Shown here: in pieces, positions 42,483 through 52,365 of the stretch | Layout of the letters: each line of letters begins with the position of its first letter | Numbering within the stretch: position 1 is the first letter of the stretch | Origin: Candidatus Poribacteria bacterium | GTDB lineage: Bacteria; Poribacteria; WGA-4E; WGA-3G | Direction of reading: 5' to 3' | DNA length: 64,000 bases | Assembly: GCA_963665235.2 (NCBI GenBank) | Contig: CAXXLX010000001.1 | Span: forward strand, 2,400,001-2,464,000 | Made by a program: the position numbers and the translations under genes | The notes under the pieces: generated by a model | Seen by the model: the letters and a program-made list of their open reading frames with translations, nothing else | Database searches by the model: none | What the model was told of the DNA's origin: nothing

Positions 42483-43022
42483 TTATGAGCTGAGCAGTTC
42501 TTGCTGTTCCCCGACAGTAGGAGCTTCATCCGCCTCGGCTTCATCGGCATCCGGGGTATCCCCGTTTTCCTCTTCGCCGTTGAGCACTTTTTGGAGGGTG
42601 ACGAGCGGTTTTTCATCGAATCCCCAATCCTTATATCTCTGAATGACTGGAGCATCCGTTGGTGAAAGTTCTACTTCAAGGGTTTTCAAGCCGTTTTCTG
42701 TAGCGGTCCCTTCGGCTGCTTTAATAAGGTGGTCAGCTACACCTAACTGTCGAAAGGGACCAGAGACAGCAAGGTCGCCGACCTGTCCAATCTCACTGTT
42801 TATTGGATGCTGTGTCACCGTGATTTGCCCGATAGCGTAACCGCTGGCATCAGCGACAAGCCGGTGTGAACGGCTATCTTCTGCTAGGTCGGCTTTGAGT
42901 TCATCCGTTACCTGCTTTTTGGTTTTTTCGGGAAAGCAGTACGATTGTAAGTGTTGTGCATCGTCCTCCTCAGCAGGACGGACTTTAAGTTTGCCTGTCA
43001 AGTCGAAATCTTGGTTTGCCAT
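42483..43022 (-). CDS. GNAT family acetyltransferase
   Basis: VRPAEEDD, LAVSGPFRQLGVADHLI, YKDWGF. Confidence 0.85.
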   Translation of the reverse strand: MANQDFDLTGKLKVRPAEEDDAQHLQSYCFPEKTKKQVTDELKADLAEDSRSHRLVADASGYAIGQITVTQHPINSEIGQVGDLAVSGPFRQLGVADHLIKAAEGTATENGLKTLEVELSPTDAPVIQRYKDWGFDEKPLVTLQKVLNGEEENGDTPDADEAEADEAPTVGEQQELLSS

Positions 43023-43279
43023 TTTTTCTCTCCTTTATTCTAAAGTTAAATGTTGGAACAGAGTTCCTACTTTTCTTATACTTAAATGTAACATAATTTA
43101 TTCTTAATTGCAAGCAAAAAATAGGAATATCTAATTTTTCTGTGCCATTTCGTAAAAAATAGTGCATTTGGAATCAACGCGGCATCACGTTCGCATTGGA
43201 TTGTGTTGACCCAAGTTGCTACCTAATATTTGTAGCAGGGAAACCATGCATTGCCTGTCGATTCCCGAGCTATTTATTT

Positions 43280-43393
43280 CAGGACTTACGCAAATTTAGC
43301 AGAAACCTCGTAGGGGCGGGGTCTCCCCGCCCGCTAGGTCTGCCTCTAGATCCCACTATCATTAGGGTTTATCAACGCGCTGCGTAAGTCCTG
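43280..43393. mobile_element. 114-bp MITE with perfect 13-bp TIRs containing a REP-like hairpin
   Basis: caggacttacgca / tgcgtaagtcctg; 5-bp flanking duplication tattt; internal gtaggggcggggtctccccgccc. Confidence 0.8.
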
Positions 43394-43438
43394 TATTTAA
43401 ACTTCATACAGATTATGCTACAAAGGTGGTAACTTAGA

Positions 43439-45862
43439 CTACATTGGCTCCGGGACAATCTCCGCGGGGTCGTTCTGCGCGTCATCCTCGTCGGTTTTAA
43501 GCATGTTTTCCTGTCCGATTCGCAGTTGCCGTTCCGCATCGACAACATCTCTATTAATTTTACCGATGCAGCGATTTAATTTTTCAACGAGTGTGGTGTG
43601 GCCTGCCACTGCCCGGCGGATTTGTCGGAGTTGGTCAATCACAAGGCGAAAGATGCGAACGAAATCACCATCATCTATATTTGCATAGTCTGTCAAATCA
43701 TTGAACTGACAGCCGCGGCTCCATGCCAACATTGCGGCACACAACTGCGGTTCCAATGGCGGTGTCATTTCCGCAACTTTGTGCTTGTGTTCTACCTTTT
43801 GGATGTCCACAATTTCGTTCCAGGCTGCCTCTAGAATTTCCAAAAACCGTTCATCGATCAATTTTTTCGAAAAGCTATCTTTGCGGGCTTCAGTCACAAT
43901 AGCGACGAGGAGACAATTGATTTCATCCTCGGTTAAGCGTTCGAAAAAACCGCTGAGAAGCAGCTGCGTCAGTTGGAGTTCGTGGCCGTAGAGATGCGAT
44001 GCAGTTTTCCCGCGCGGAAGAAGCGTTTGTTCCCCAATATACCCGAGTGTTTCGAGCACCTTGAGACGTGCTGTTAACTGATTGGGTTTATAATTCTCAG
44101 CGCTTTGTTGCTGTTTCTTGATAGTTTGAACCTGTCTTTCCGATTTACGGATTTTTTGATACCGCCGCGTACACTCTTTACGCTTGTGGCATTCATGACA
44201 CAGATGTGATTCCGCTTGGGTGATAAGTTGGTTTATCTCGGAATGAAACTGTGAGATTTCCTTCTCCCGTTCCTTCCTATGTGATTTCCCGCGTGGGGTT
44301 TTCAATCTCAAGGCACTTATCTCTAGGTGTATCTGTTCGACTTTCTGGCCGGTTCTCCCCCTGAGCTGGTGATATTCCGTAATCTGTTTCATCCCTTCAA
44401 TGTTGTCATGAATACATTGGGGCGAGGGGAGGGCATCGAGTTTTTTCTCCAATGCCTCACTTTTCTTTTTAAGCTCCGCAATCCGCTTGTAATTTTGATA
44501 GTTGCTCAGGCTCATCGTGTAGACATCGTAAATATCCTCGCCATATTTTTCGTATAGATTGAGTATACTGGCGTACGAGAGATTGAATTGGCTGATAATC
44601 GGTTCAACTTTTTTGGAAGTAGTTTTATTAATCTCTTCCGCAACAGCGTAGCGTGGCACCACTTGTGCATAGACATAGCCGACTGTGTCAATCCCGCGTC
44701 TGCCAGCGCGCCCTGCCATTTGGTGGTATTCCTGTGCCTTGAGGTGCCGGAAACTGATTCCATCAAACTTCTCAAGACTGTCAAAAACGACTGAAGAGGC
44801 AGGCATGTTGATACCGACAGCGAACGTTTCTGTCGTAAAGAGGAGCTGAATTAAGCCTGAGGTGAATAGCCGCTCAACGACCTCTTTGAGTGTCGGTAAC
44901 ATACCAGCGTGATGATAGGCTATGCCTTTGCGGATTAATTCACGAAAATCTATAATTGTTTTTTCCTCAGCAATGTCAAATTGAAGGCAGAGTGCGTCAA
45001 ATTTTTCTAAAATTTCTGCCTGCTGCGCACTTTCTAGCAATTTGCACTGTGGCAAATTAGCGTAATAACGGGCGTTGACTTCGCATCCTTTGCGACTGAA
45101 GCAGAAATAGAGGCAGGGCAACTGCTTCTCCCGGGAAAGATACGGAATCAACCAGGTTTTTATTACCCCGCTCGCCTTCTGTAGTTTGTTGTTATCCGAA
45201 TTTTTAATACTCTCCCGTTTACGTCCATGCTGACTAGAGTTCTGCTGAAGTGAGCGAAGGTGTTTCAGTTTACCAATCCCGTACCCTTTGAAATAGAGGT
45301 TATGTTTCAAAGGCACGGGCCGTTTTAACTCTTCAATCACCTCAATATGAATCTCGCGAACGCTCTGCATCCACTCCGAAAACGAATTGATGTTCGAAAT
45401 TGTGGCACTTAGGCAAATGAATTTGATATGTTGTGGAGCAAAAATGATGCTTTCTTCCCAAACAGTGCCACGCGCAATATCGTTGATATAATGGATTTCG
45501 TCAAAGATGACGTGGGAGACATCCCGCAACCGCTCTATATCGTCGAAAATAGTGTTTCGGAAAACCTCCGTCGTCATCAACAGTACCTGCGCGTATGGAT
45601 TTAAAACCACGTCCCCAGTCACAATCCCGATTTTGTCGCCATATTCGGCATAAAAATCTCTATATTTTTGATTGCTCAGTGCCTTAATCGGGGCTGTATA
45701 GATAACGCGCTGATTCTCTCTGAGACACTTCTCAACCGCGTATTCAGCGATAACCGTTTTGCCCGCACCTGTCGGCGCAGTGACAACTACCGTGTTGTCA
45801 CGATTAATCGCATCAATTGCCTCCGCCTGAAACCGGTCCAATTCTAACCCTTTGTAATGCAT
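43439..45862 (-). CDS. Ski2/HelY-like DEAD/DEAH-box RNA helicase with DSHCT domain
   Basis: APTGAGKT, PIKALSNQK, FDEIHY, RGTVWEE, LSAT, QMAGRAGRRGID, DGDFVR..IDQLRQI. Confidence 0.92.
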   Translation of the reverse strand: MHYKGLELDRFQAEAIDAINRDNTVVVTAPTGAGKTVIAEYAVEKCLRENQRVIYTAPIKALSNQKYRDFYAEYGDKIGIVTGDVVLNPYAQVLLMTTEVFRNTIFDDIERLRDVSHVIFDEIHYINDIARGTVWEESIIFAPQHIKFICLSATISNINSFSEWMQSVREIHIEVIEELKRPVPLKHNLYFKGYGIGKLKHLRSLQQNSSQHGRKRESIKNSDNNKLQKASGVIKTWLIPYLSREKQLPCLYFCFSRKGCEVNARYYANLPQCKLLESAQQAEILEKFDALCLQFDIAEEKTIIDFRELIRKGIAYHHAGMLPTLKEVVERLFTSGLIQLLFTTETFAVGINMPASSVVFDSLEKFDGISFRHLKAQEYHQMAGRAGRRGIDTVGYVYAQVVPRYAVAEEINKTTSKKVEPIISQFNLSYASILNLYEKYGEDIYDVYTMSLSNYQNYKRIAELKKKSEALEKKLDALPSPQCIHDNIEGMKQITEYHQLRGRTGQKVEQIHLEISALRLKTPRGKSHRKEREKEISQFHSEINQLITQAESHLCHECHKRKECTRRYQKIRKSERQVQTIKKQQQSAENYKPNQLTARLKVLETLGYIGEQTLLPRGKTASHLYGHELQLTQLLLSGFFERLTEDEINCLLVAIVTEARKDSFSKKLIDERFLEILEAAWNEIVDIQKVEHKHKVAEMTPPLEPQLCAAMLAWSRGCQFNDLTDYANIDDGDFVRIFRLVIDQLRQIRRAVAGHTTLVEKLNRCIGKINRDVVDAERQLRIGQENMLKTDEDDAQNDPAEIVPEPM

Positions 45863-45994
45863 TCCGCCCTCCTTTACTTAAGATGTCACTTAATTAATTT
45901 AGTATAACAGATATCCGGTTTTTTGTCAAGTAATATTAACACGGTTTCCAGGGATGTGTAAAGTTTTTGTAATATGATAACCTAAGTTGCCACA

Positions 45995-46155
45995 TAGTAG
46001 CATAATCTTCCAGATTGTGCCTAGTAGCATAATCTTCCAGATTGTGCCTAGTAGCATAATCTTCCAGATTGTGCCTAGTAGCATAATCTTCCAGATTGTG
46101 CCTAGTAGCATAATCTTCCAGATTGTGCCTAGTAGCATAATCTTCCAGATTGTGC
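45995..46155 (+). repeat. Six tandem 27-bp units tagtagcataatcttccagattgtgcc
   Basis: Identical head-to-tail units without spacers; each is GTAG plus hairpin gcataatct-tcc-agattgtgc. Confidence 0.95.
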
Positions 46156-46205
46156 ATATTTGTGTGCAAACTAAAAGTGGACGCTACAAATATTACTTAA
46201 TTATC

Positions 46206-46460
46206 AACGAGTTGTGCTAAATGACTTTTTGTCCAACATTATTTCACACAAACAGAACGTTTTGTCCGTGTTTCTCTTATGTTTGGACGCTCTTCAGTCC
46301 TGTATGGACGATATATTTATAGCGAAGCGTTCCCCCTTTCTCTTTAGTCCCATAGGGACGATATGTTTGTTCGACACCATCCAAATCTGTGACACCATCC
46401 AATTTTTGGTGTCTGTGAGAAACGAAAAAAAAAACAATCAGTTAACTGACACAAGTCGTT
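46206..46460. mobile_element. 255-bp nested MITE
   Basis: TIR aacga(g/c)ttgtg; 7-bp duplication aattatc on both sides, single copy in MITE copies 1 and 2. Confidence 0.8.
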
Positions 46461-46648
46461 AATTATCAGCATATTTTCATTAAAGACGGTGTTTCCAGGT
46501 CTAAAAACTTATAAGTAGCAACTTGGGTTATGATAGAGGAAAGGATGGAAAAGTGGATTTTGCATGTGTTGTCTGAATCGCAGATTTGCGCAGATTTTAG
46601 GGGGTGTGGATCACGGTTTTGGGGTTAAGGATGTTGTTTTTTTGATTG

Positions 46649-47062
46649 TTAATCAGCATCGTTAAGAAATTCTTCCAATTGGTTCGACTGCTGCGCGATG
46701 CGGTTCACTTGTCGACGGACCTCCGACCAAGAAATATCTCCAGCCTCCGCTGCAGCTGTAAGTTCTTTTATTCTTTTATTTCCTGCTATCAGTTCCCTCC
46801 CGATAACTTGCAGGGCCTCCAATCTTTCGACCGCTTCGATAATTTCTCTTTTCTGTTTGTCTCGAGTTTCTAGCAGTTCGAAGTAAATTTCTTTCAGTTC
46901 ATCAAAATCTTCGGTGTGGAGACCCCGTTGCTTTTGCTTCGTCTCCTCACCTACGACAATTTCGGGTTCCATGTCGTTATTCCGCTGTGTCAGCAGGGAA
47001 ACACCCGCCGTGAATAGAATAACAATGAGGATAACTATTCCCCAATACCATTTTCTACGCAT
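46649..47062 (-). CDS. Membrane-anchored coiled-coil hypothetical protein
   Basis: RBS aggagg; MRRKWYWGIVILIVILFTAGV TM anchor followed by QRNNDMEPEIV, similar to the 51564 protein N-terminus. Confidence 0.7.
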   Translation of the reverse strand: MRRKWYWGIVILIVILFTAGVSLLTQRNNDMEPEIVVGEETKQKQRGLHTEDFDELKEIYFELLETRDKQKREIIEAVERLEALQVIGRELIAGNKRIKELTAAAEAGDISWSEVRRQVNRIAQQSNQLEEFLNDAD

Positions 47063-47091
47063 TGTGAAGCCTCCTTATTTTCGACTATCCT

Positions 47092-49215
47092 TTATATCGC
47101 TGCGGTGCCGCGATAGAGGGTATTTGACGGAGCAACCTCATAATGTGAGAACTCTAATGTGAAAACGCCTCTGCCTTGTGTCATGGAGCGGAGCTGGGTC
47201 GTATATTGAAATGTCTCCGCCAGCGGGATAAGGGCGTTAATGAAATTGGACGTGTCTTCAGAAGTTGTTTCGTTGATTTGCGCACGGCGGGCATTCAGGT
47301 CTCCGATAACTTTCCCCACGTGTTCATCAGGCACAGTGATGTGTATTTGCATAATCGGTTCCAGGAGCAGGGGATGTGCTTGTCTGACCGCCTTTTCAAA
47401 GGCGAGCACGGCTGCTGCTTCAAAGGCAACTTCTGAGGAATCAGTAGCATGTGTGGAGCCCCCGATGAGTGTTACCTTAATATCTTGCAATGGATACCCC
47501 ATGAGCGCACCGTTACCCATTGCACCGTTTAGCGCGTCACGTATAAAAGGTATATATTGCCGTGGAATCTGTGTTTCATCGGTTTGGTCTTCGAATTGGA
47601 ATCCATCGTCCCGTTCCAAGGGGGCGACGGTGAGTTGCACATCGCCGTAGATGCCTTCCTCCTCCGTTTTATGGATATGTGTGCCGCGGGCTTCAGCAGC
47701 CGCACTAATCGTTTCTCGATATGCGACCTGAAGTTTACTGACACGCGCGTTCACCCCAAATTCCCTAATCATCCGGTCTGTGAGGATTTCTAGATGAAGT
47801 TCGCCCATGCCAGAGATAATCCGTTGTCCCGTCTCTTTATCGATACCGACGGTAAAGGTGGGGTCTTCGTCCATGAGTTTTTCGAGGGTTTCCTCAAGTG
47901 CGTCTGCGTCGCTGGCGCGCTCCGGTTCGATAGCGATGGAAATGACTGGCGGCGGAAAATCGATCGATTCAAGCAGAAGCGGATGTTGAACGTCTGTCAA
48001 TGTATGTCCTGTTTTGGTCGTTCGCATCCCAACGAGGGCGACGATATCACCTGCGTAAGCAGCATCACAACTCGCTTCTTTATTGGCGTGCATTTGTAGA
48101 ATTCGGTTGACCCGTTCCCGCTTTTCGGTGGCGACGTTATAGACAACTTGACCGCGCTTCAGCGTTCCAGAATAGATACGGCAGTAAACCAATTTATCGA
48201 CAGTGTCATGACTTGCAACTTTAAACGCCAATGCAGCAAAAGGAGCGGTATCGTCAGCCTCCCGAATCCCTCTTTTTGGGGGAGCAGGTGTATTTGCAAC
48301 GGCGCGTTTGGATTTTTTAGATGAGGCGGATGTCTTCAGAACGTCCCCTTGGATGGGCGGTACGTCAACAGGGGAAGGCAGATAGTCAACAACGGCATCA
48401 AGTAGTGGTTGAACCCCTCGGTTTTTTAGGGAGCTTCCGCAAAGAACTGGCACAAAGCTACCGTTAAGCGTTGCGTTGCGGATGCTTGGGAGCAACTCGG
48501 TTTTGGTAATTTCTTTACCATCGAGGTACTTTTCTAGAAGCACGTCATCTTCAGCTGCCACATTTTCCACAAGGGTTTCGTGTGCGATGTTGACTTTGTC
48601 AAGAAATTCGGGTGGAACGTCTACCGCTTGATACGTTTTGCCCTGGTCCCCTTCGTTCCAATGAATAGCTTTCATCGTGATGAGGTCAACGACTCCAGTA
48701 AAATCGCGTCCTTCTCCGAGAGGTATTTGAAGCGGGACAGGATTCGTCTGAAATCGTTCCTGCATCATCTGTAGGACGCGGTTGAAATTTGCGCCGACCC
48801 TATCCATCTTATTGACAAATGCGATACGTGGGATTTGGTAACGTTCAGCTTGATTCCAGACAGTTTCAGATTGCGGTTCCACCCCGCCGACAGCGCAGAA
48901 CAGCGCGATAGCCCCATCCAACACCCGCAATGAACGTTCGACTTCAACCGTGAAATCTACGTGGCCGGGCGTATCGATAAGGTGAATTGCGTGGTCCCGC
49001 CAGAAGCAGGTTGTCGCGGCAGCAGTAATTGTTACACCACGTTCACGTTCCTGTACCATCCAATCCATTTCAGCGGTACCGTCATCTACTGCCCCAATCT
49101 TATGTTTTTTACCGGTATAGAAAAGGATGCGTTCGGTAGTTGTTGTTTTACCAGCATCAATATGTGCCGCAATACCGATGTTGCGGACATTTTCAATAGG
49201 ATATTCGCGTGCCAT
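47092..49215 (-). CDS. fusA: Elongation factor G, stand-alone paralogue
   Basis: [60 protein letters not shown]. Confidence 0.92.
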   Translation of the reverse strand: MAREYPIENVRNIGIAAHIDAGKTTTTERILFYTGKKHKIGAVDDGTAEMDWMVQERERGVTITAAATTCFWRDHAIHLIDTPGHVDFTVEVERSLRVLDGAIALFCAVGGVEPQSETVWNQAERYQIPRIAFVNKMDRVGANFNRVLQMMQERFQTNPVPLQIPLGEGRDFTGVVDLITMKAIHWNEGDQGKTYQAVDVPPEFLDKVNIAHETLVENVAAEDDVLLEKYLDGKEITKTELLPSIRNATLNGSFVPVLCGSSLKNRGVQPLLDAVVDYLPSPVDVPPIQGDVLKTSASSKKSKRAVANTPAPPKRGIREADDTAPFAALAFKVASHDTVDKLVYCRIYSGTLKRGQVVYNVATEKRERVNRILQMHANKEASCDAAYAGDIVALVGMRTTKTGHTLTDVQHPLLLESIDFPPPVISIAIEPERASDADALEETLEKLMDEDPTFTVGIDKETGQRIISGMGELHLEILTDRMIREFGVNARVSKLQVAYRETISAAAEARGTHIHKTEEEGIYGDVQLTVAPLERDDGFQFEDQTDETQIPRQYIPFIRDALNGAMGNGALMGYPLQDIKVTLIGGSTHATDSSEVAFEAAAVLAFEKAVRQAHPLLLEPIMQIHITVPDEHVGKVIGDLNARRAQINETTSEDTSNFINALIPLAETFQYTTQLRSMTQGRGVFTLEFSHYEVAPSNTLYRGTAAI

Positions 49216-49250
49216 CTTTTTCCCTTGAAGTAAGTCGTGAGGTATGTTTC

Positions 49251-50252
49251 CTATGCGCCAATGTTCCACTGAAGAACAACGCCGAGTAATTTAGGATTCC
49301 ATTCAATAAGCAGTTGATACGCCTTCGGTGCCTCATTCCCTGGCACTCGATGACTTATCAACGGGGCGACTATGAACCGTTTTTCTGCGATAAGCGATAA
49401 CATCAAACGACTGTCGTCTTCACTCGTCCAGAAATTCGGGGATGATTCCTGGCGAGGACGAATTGAGTTGTGCGCGCCGTATAGGATAAGTCCTTTTTTA
49501 TGCACATCCCGATAGAAGTTGACACTTGGCGTTTCACCCCGCGTGCTCGCTAACAGCACAACCCGGGCACCCCATCCCGCTACATCTAAGGCAGTGTTAA
49601 TCGCATCTGGATGTCCCGTTGCCTCAATAACAACCGTGGGCTTGTTGCCTCTTGCAGCATTGGTTAACTGCTTTGTAAAGTCAGCATCTTCGGGGTTTAG
49701 GGTATAATCTGCTCCGACATTTTTAGAGAATTCAAGTCGGCTATCGGTCAGGTCGGCTGCGATTACCGGTACTGCGCCGCTTAGTTTTGAGAGTTGCAGC
49801 GCAAGCAAACCGATAAGCCCTTGTCCCAAGACTAACGTCGGTTCACCCAATTCAATTCGGGCTTTTCGTACCCCTTGGAGTGCAATAGCACTCAGATTAA
49901 AAAAGACAGCCTCTTCAGCAGGCATATCCGATGATTCCACCTTGAGTAGGCGACTCGGTGATGTAACAAAGTGGCTGGTGTGTCCTTGTGTTGAGGCGAC
50001 CCGTTCGCCTCTTGTATATCCGGTGACATTTTTCCCGATTTCTATCACTCTCCCGATATTGCTGTACCCTGGGCGGGATGGGTACCTGCCTTGTGCATTC
50101 GGCAGCCCTAATAAAAACGCGCGTTCTGTACCGGGGCTGATAAGTGTGCATTCTGTTGCGACGAGAACATCGTTATCGCCAATAGGTGGTAATTCAAACG
50201 TTTCAATTTCAACTTTGGCGCGACTTGACCAAACAACCCGTTGTCCTTCCAT
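49251..50252 (-). CDS. Zinc-binding/MDR alcohol dehydrogenase-like protein
   Basis: LISPGTE, PGYS.IG, GQGLIG, IEATG. Confidence 0.88.
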   Translation of the reverse strand: MEGQRVVWSSRAKVEIETFELPPIGDNDVLVATECTLISPGTERAFLLGLPNAQGRYPSRPGYSNIGRVIEIGKNVTGYTRGERVASTQGHTSHFVTSPSRLLKVESSDMPAEEAVFFNLSAIALQGVRKARIELGEPTLVLGQGLIGLLALQLSKLSGAVPVIAADLTDSRLEFSKNVGADYTLNPEDADFTKQLTNAARGNKPTVVIEATGHPDAINTALDVAGWGARVVLLASTRGETPSVNFYRDVHKKGLILYGAHNSIRPRQESSPNFWTSEDDSRLMLSLIAEKRFIVAPLISHRVPGNEAPKAYQLLIEWNPKLLGVVLQWNIGA

Positions 50253-50346
50253 GAAACTCAAACCTCACAAAAAATAAAGGATAGTCGTTGTCAGAAAGTA
50301 TAACACAAAAACAACAATCCTTCAAGTTTTAATTTATACTAAACTT

Positions 50347-50484
50347 TAGAATTAATCGGACATTCTGTTCGTCCCCATGTAGTCGGTGTTGCTCGGAGGC
50401 TTGTGCTGTAGCACAAACTTTCTAGTTTGTGGCATAAGCGTGCAAACTGAAAGTGTGCTTCTACAACATGTCCCTTTAATTCTA
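50347..50484. mobile_element. ~138-bp MITE-like element containing an inverted REP pair
   Basis: TIR tagaattaa(tc/ag)ggaca; internal gtagcacaaactttctagtttgtg and gcaaactgaaagtgtgcttctac; direct repeat aatttatactaaacttt at 50331 and 50496. Confidence 0.6.
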
Positions 50485-51114
50485 GATATCACTATAATTT
50501 ATACTAAACTTTGGACAATTTTAGGAGTTTGCATTTGCGGTGTTGTCAGAATCGCGGAGGACACGGAGAACACAGAGAACGCGGGAAAAAAGGGTTTGGC
50601 TAAAATCTGTAACCTACTGACAAATAGAAACGTTAAGTTAAGTATGGTAGTTGAGGATACTGTTTCCGTTTCACACACAAAGTTCGGGGGAAGCGAAAGC
50701 TTACATCGCTGCTCATCATATTTTTCTAAATGAGGATTTACCGATTTACCAATGACTACCCGATATGTTAAGACAACAATTTATAAAGAGATGCGAAACA
50801 TCTACACCTTTGTTTTGCGTTCGAGTTCGGGGTTTCCCTCGGCAAATACTCACCGGTGTTGTTTTGGCTATTGGTTAATTACTCCCCCCCTCTTATTTCA
50901 CACTTGTTAATTATTCTATTTTTTTACAAGGTCGTATCGCAGCCGTTCGCCTCAGCCGCTGCAATAGCTTCGCGCCCGCACGCGCCCTTCGTCTCCCACG
51001 GAGTGCCGCGTCGCGGGCTTTTGTTGTTTATGGCCATAGCCTCGATTTATTGTAAATCAGTGCTAAACTTAGGCTCGATTTTACTTGAAAACTTTTAAGG
51101 GAGGTTATATAATT

Positions 51115-51552
51115 ATGAAAACGAAACTTTTTACCACAAACGTGGACGTGGCAGCAGTGGCTGCATTCGGTGGACTTATCGTGACGCTGATGTTCCCGCT
51201 CTTTTCAGTAGCCTACGGATACCACCTTAGTATAATTGCCCTTGCTATCACACTTTGGGGGTTTTTGTCCTTAAGACAAATGGACACACCCCGGAAAACG
51301 CAACGGGCTGAAGCGACTCCGCCTGTTTTTCACACCCCCAAACACTACAAGAACAAGCGGAGCCTCATCATCGCAGCGGTTATCGTTTTGATGAGCGGGG
51401 GTATTCTGTTCGGGACTATTAAAATGATTGGTGCGACCCAGACAGACACCCCTCCATGGACAAAGGAGGGGCAGCAATGGCCTTGTCCTCACCCACAATC
51501 CAAATCACATTGTACGCTATTGGGAGACAGCGGACAACGTGCACAACCTTAA
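51115..51552 (+). CDS. Small membrane protein (3 predicted TM helices)
   Basis: RBS ggagg; hydrophobic segments; C-terminal CPHP..HC. Confidence 0.6.
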   Translation: MKTKLFTTNVDVAAVAAFGGLIVTLMFPLFSVAYGYHLSIIALAITLWGFLSLRQMDTPRKTQRAEATPPVFHTPKHYKNKRSLIIAAVIVLMSGGILFGTIKMIGATQTDTPPWTKEGQQWPCPHPQSKSHCTLLGDSGQRAQP

Positions 51553-51563
51553 GGAGTAGAAAA

Positions 51564-52352
51564 ATGAATAGGAAAAGAATAGTCGGCATTGTTCTCCTCA
51601 TCGTTTTCATCGGTATTGCCGGTGTTTTCTATCTGATACAGCGGAACACCGACACGGAACCGGATGTTGTTTTTGAACCACCATCCGATGAGGTTATCGA
51701 ACAGGTTAAGGAGGACATTGCGGAACGGAACGCGCAGGACGCTGATAAAACAACGTCTCCAGGGGAAAACTCAGAAACGGCGCATTGGCATGCAGATGGC
51801 ACTTGGCATGGGGATGAACACGATACAACTTCCGAAACGCCAACCACACCGTCAAAAAAGTTTACCGGGAAATTGACGTATCATAAGGAACTTCTACAAA
51901 CAAACCCTGTGGAAGCACTGCAAAATGCCTGATGATGTAGCCAGCAAAGCATAGAACGCGGACATTGGAGTGCAAAATGGATACCTCCATTCCCGCCTGA
52001 TGATGTAGAGGCACAAGCATTTGCCCGCAGCCAATATCTAATCATATACTATGAGAATATCGGAAAGAACGGGACTCCCGAAGATAAAGCGGCGATAGCG
52101 GAAAGACGTCGCCTCTTCCGCGCTATCCAAGCCTATCCGCATGGTGCCCGTGTATATGATTTGCTGAAATTAACATGGCAGAACTTCGAGGAACCGATTG
52201 CAATGTACGATGAACGTGGGGCCCGTCGGTATCCCTCAAACTTTTTTCCGCAATGGCGCTCTGAAGCGGAAAAAAGAAAAGCTTACGGTGACTTTTACGA
52301 GGTTTTCGAGACACTTCCCGAGCTAGAAGAGAAGGGGTTATCGCCGAAATAA
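51564..52352 (+). pseudogene. Membrane-anchored hypothetical protein (HWHADGTWH motif) interrupted by an 18-nt in-frame insertion with TGA TGA
   Basis: ORFs 51456-51932 and 52161-52352 share a frame; the frame is open after 51935 (QQSIERGHWSAKWIPPFPPDD...). Confidence 0.7.
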
Positions 52353-52365
52353 AGGAGTATTTCTT

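Larger units (their letters stand above)
45980..46528. mobile_element. Expanded copy 3 of the 152-bp MITE (tandem amplification plus nested insertion)
   Basis: Same TIRs; flanking duplication tatgata; internal sequence matches copies 1 and 2 outside the insertions. Confidence 0.85.

Noticed and set aside
45995-46155. Possible CRISPR array (27-bp palindromic repeats)
   Set aside because: Units are head-to-tail with no spacers, lie inside a MITE, and no cas genes are present
45926-46220. Repeat-peptide ORFs (LEDYATRHN, MLLGTIWKI, PSSIIFQIV) as RiPP precursors
   Set aside because: They arise automatically from a 27-bp DNA repeat; no RBS or modifying enzymes nearby
51930-51935. TGA TGA as selenocysteine or recoding
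   Set aside because: The stops lie inside an 18-nt insertion copied from neighbouring sequence
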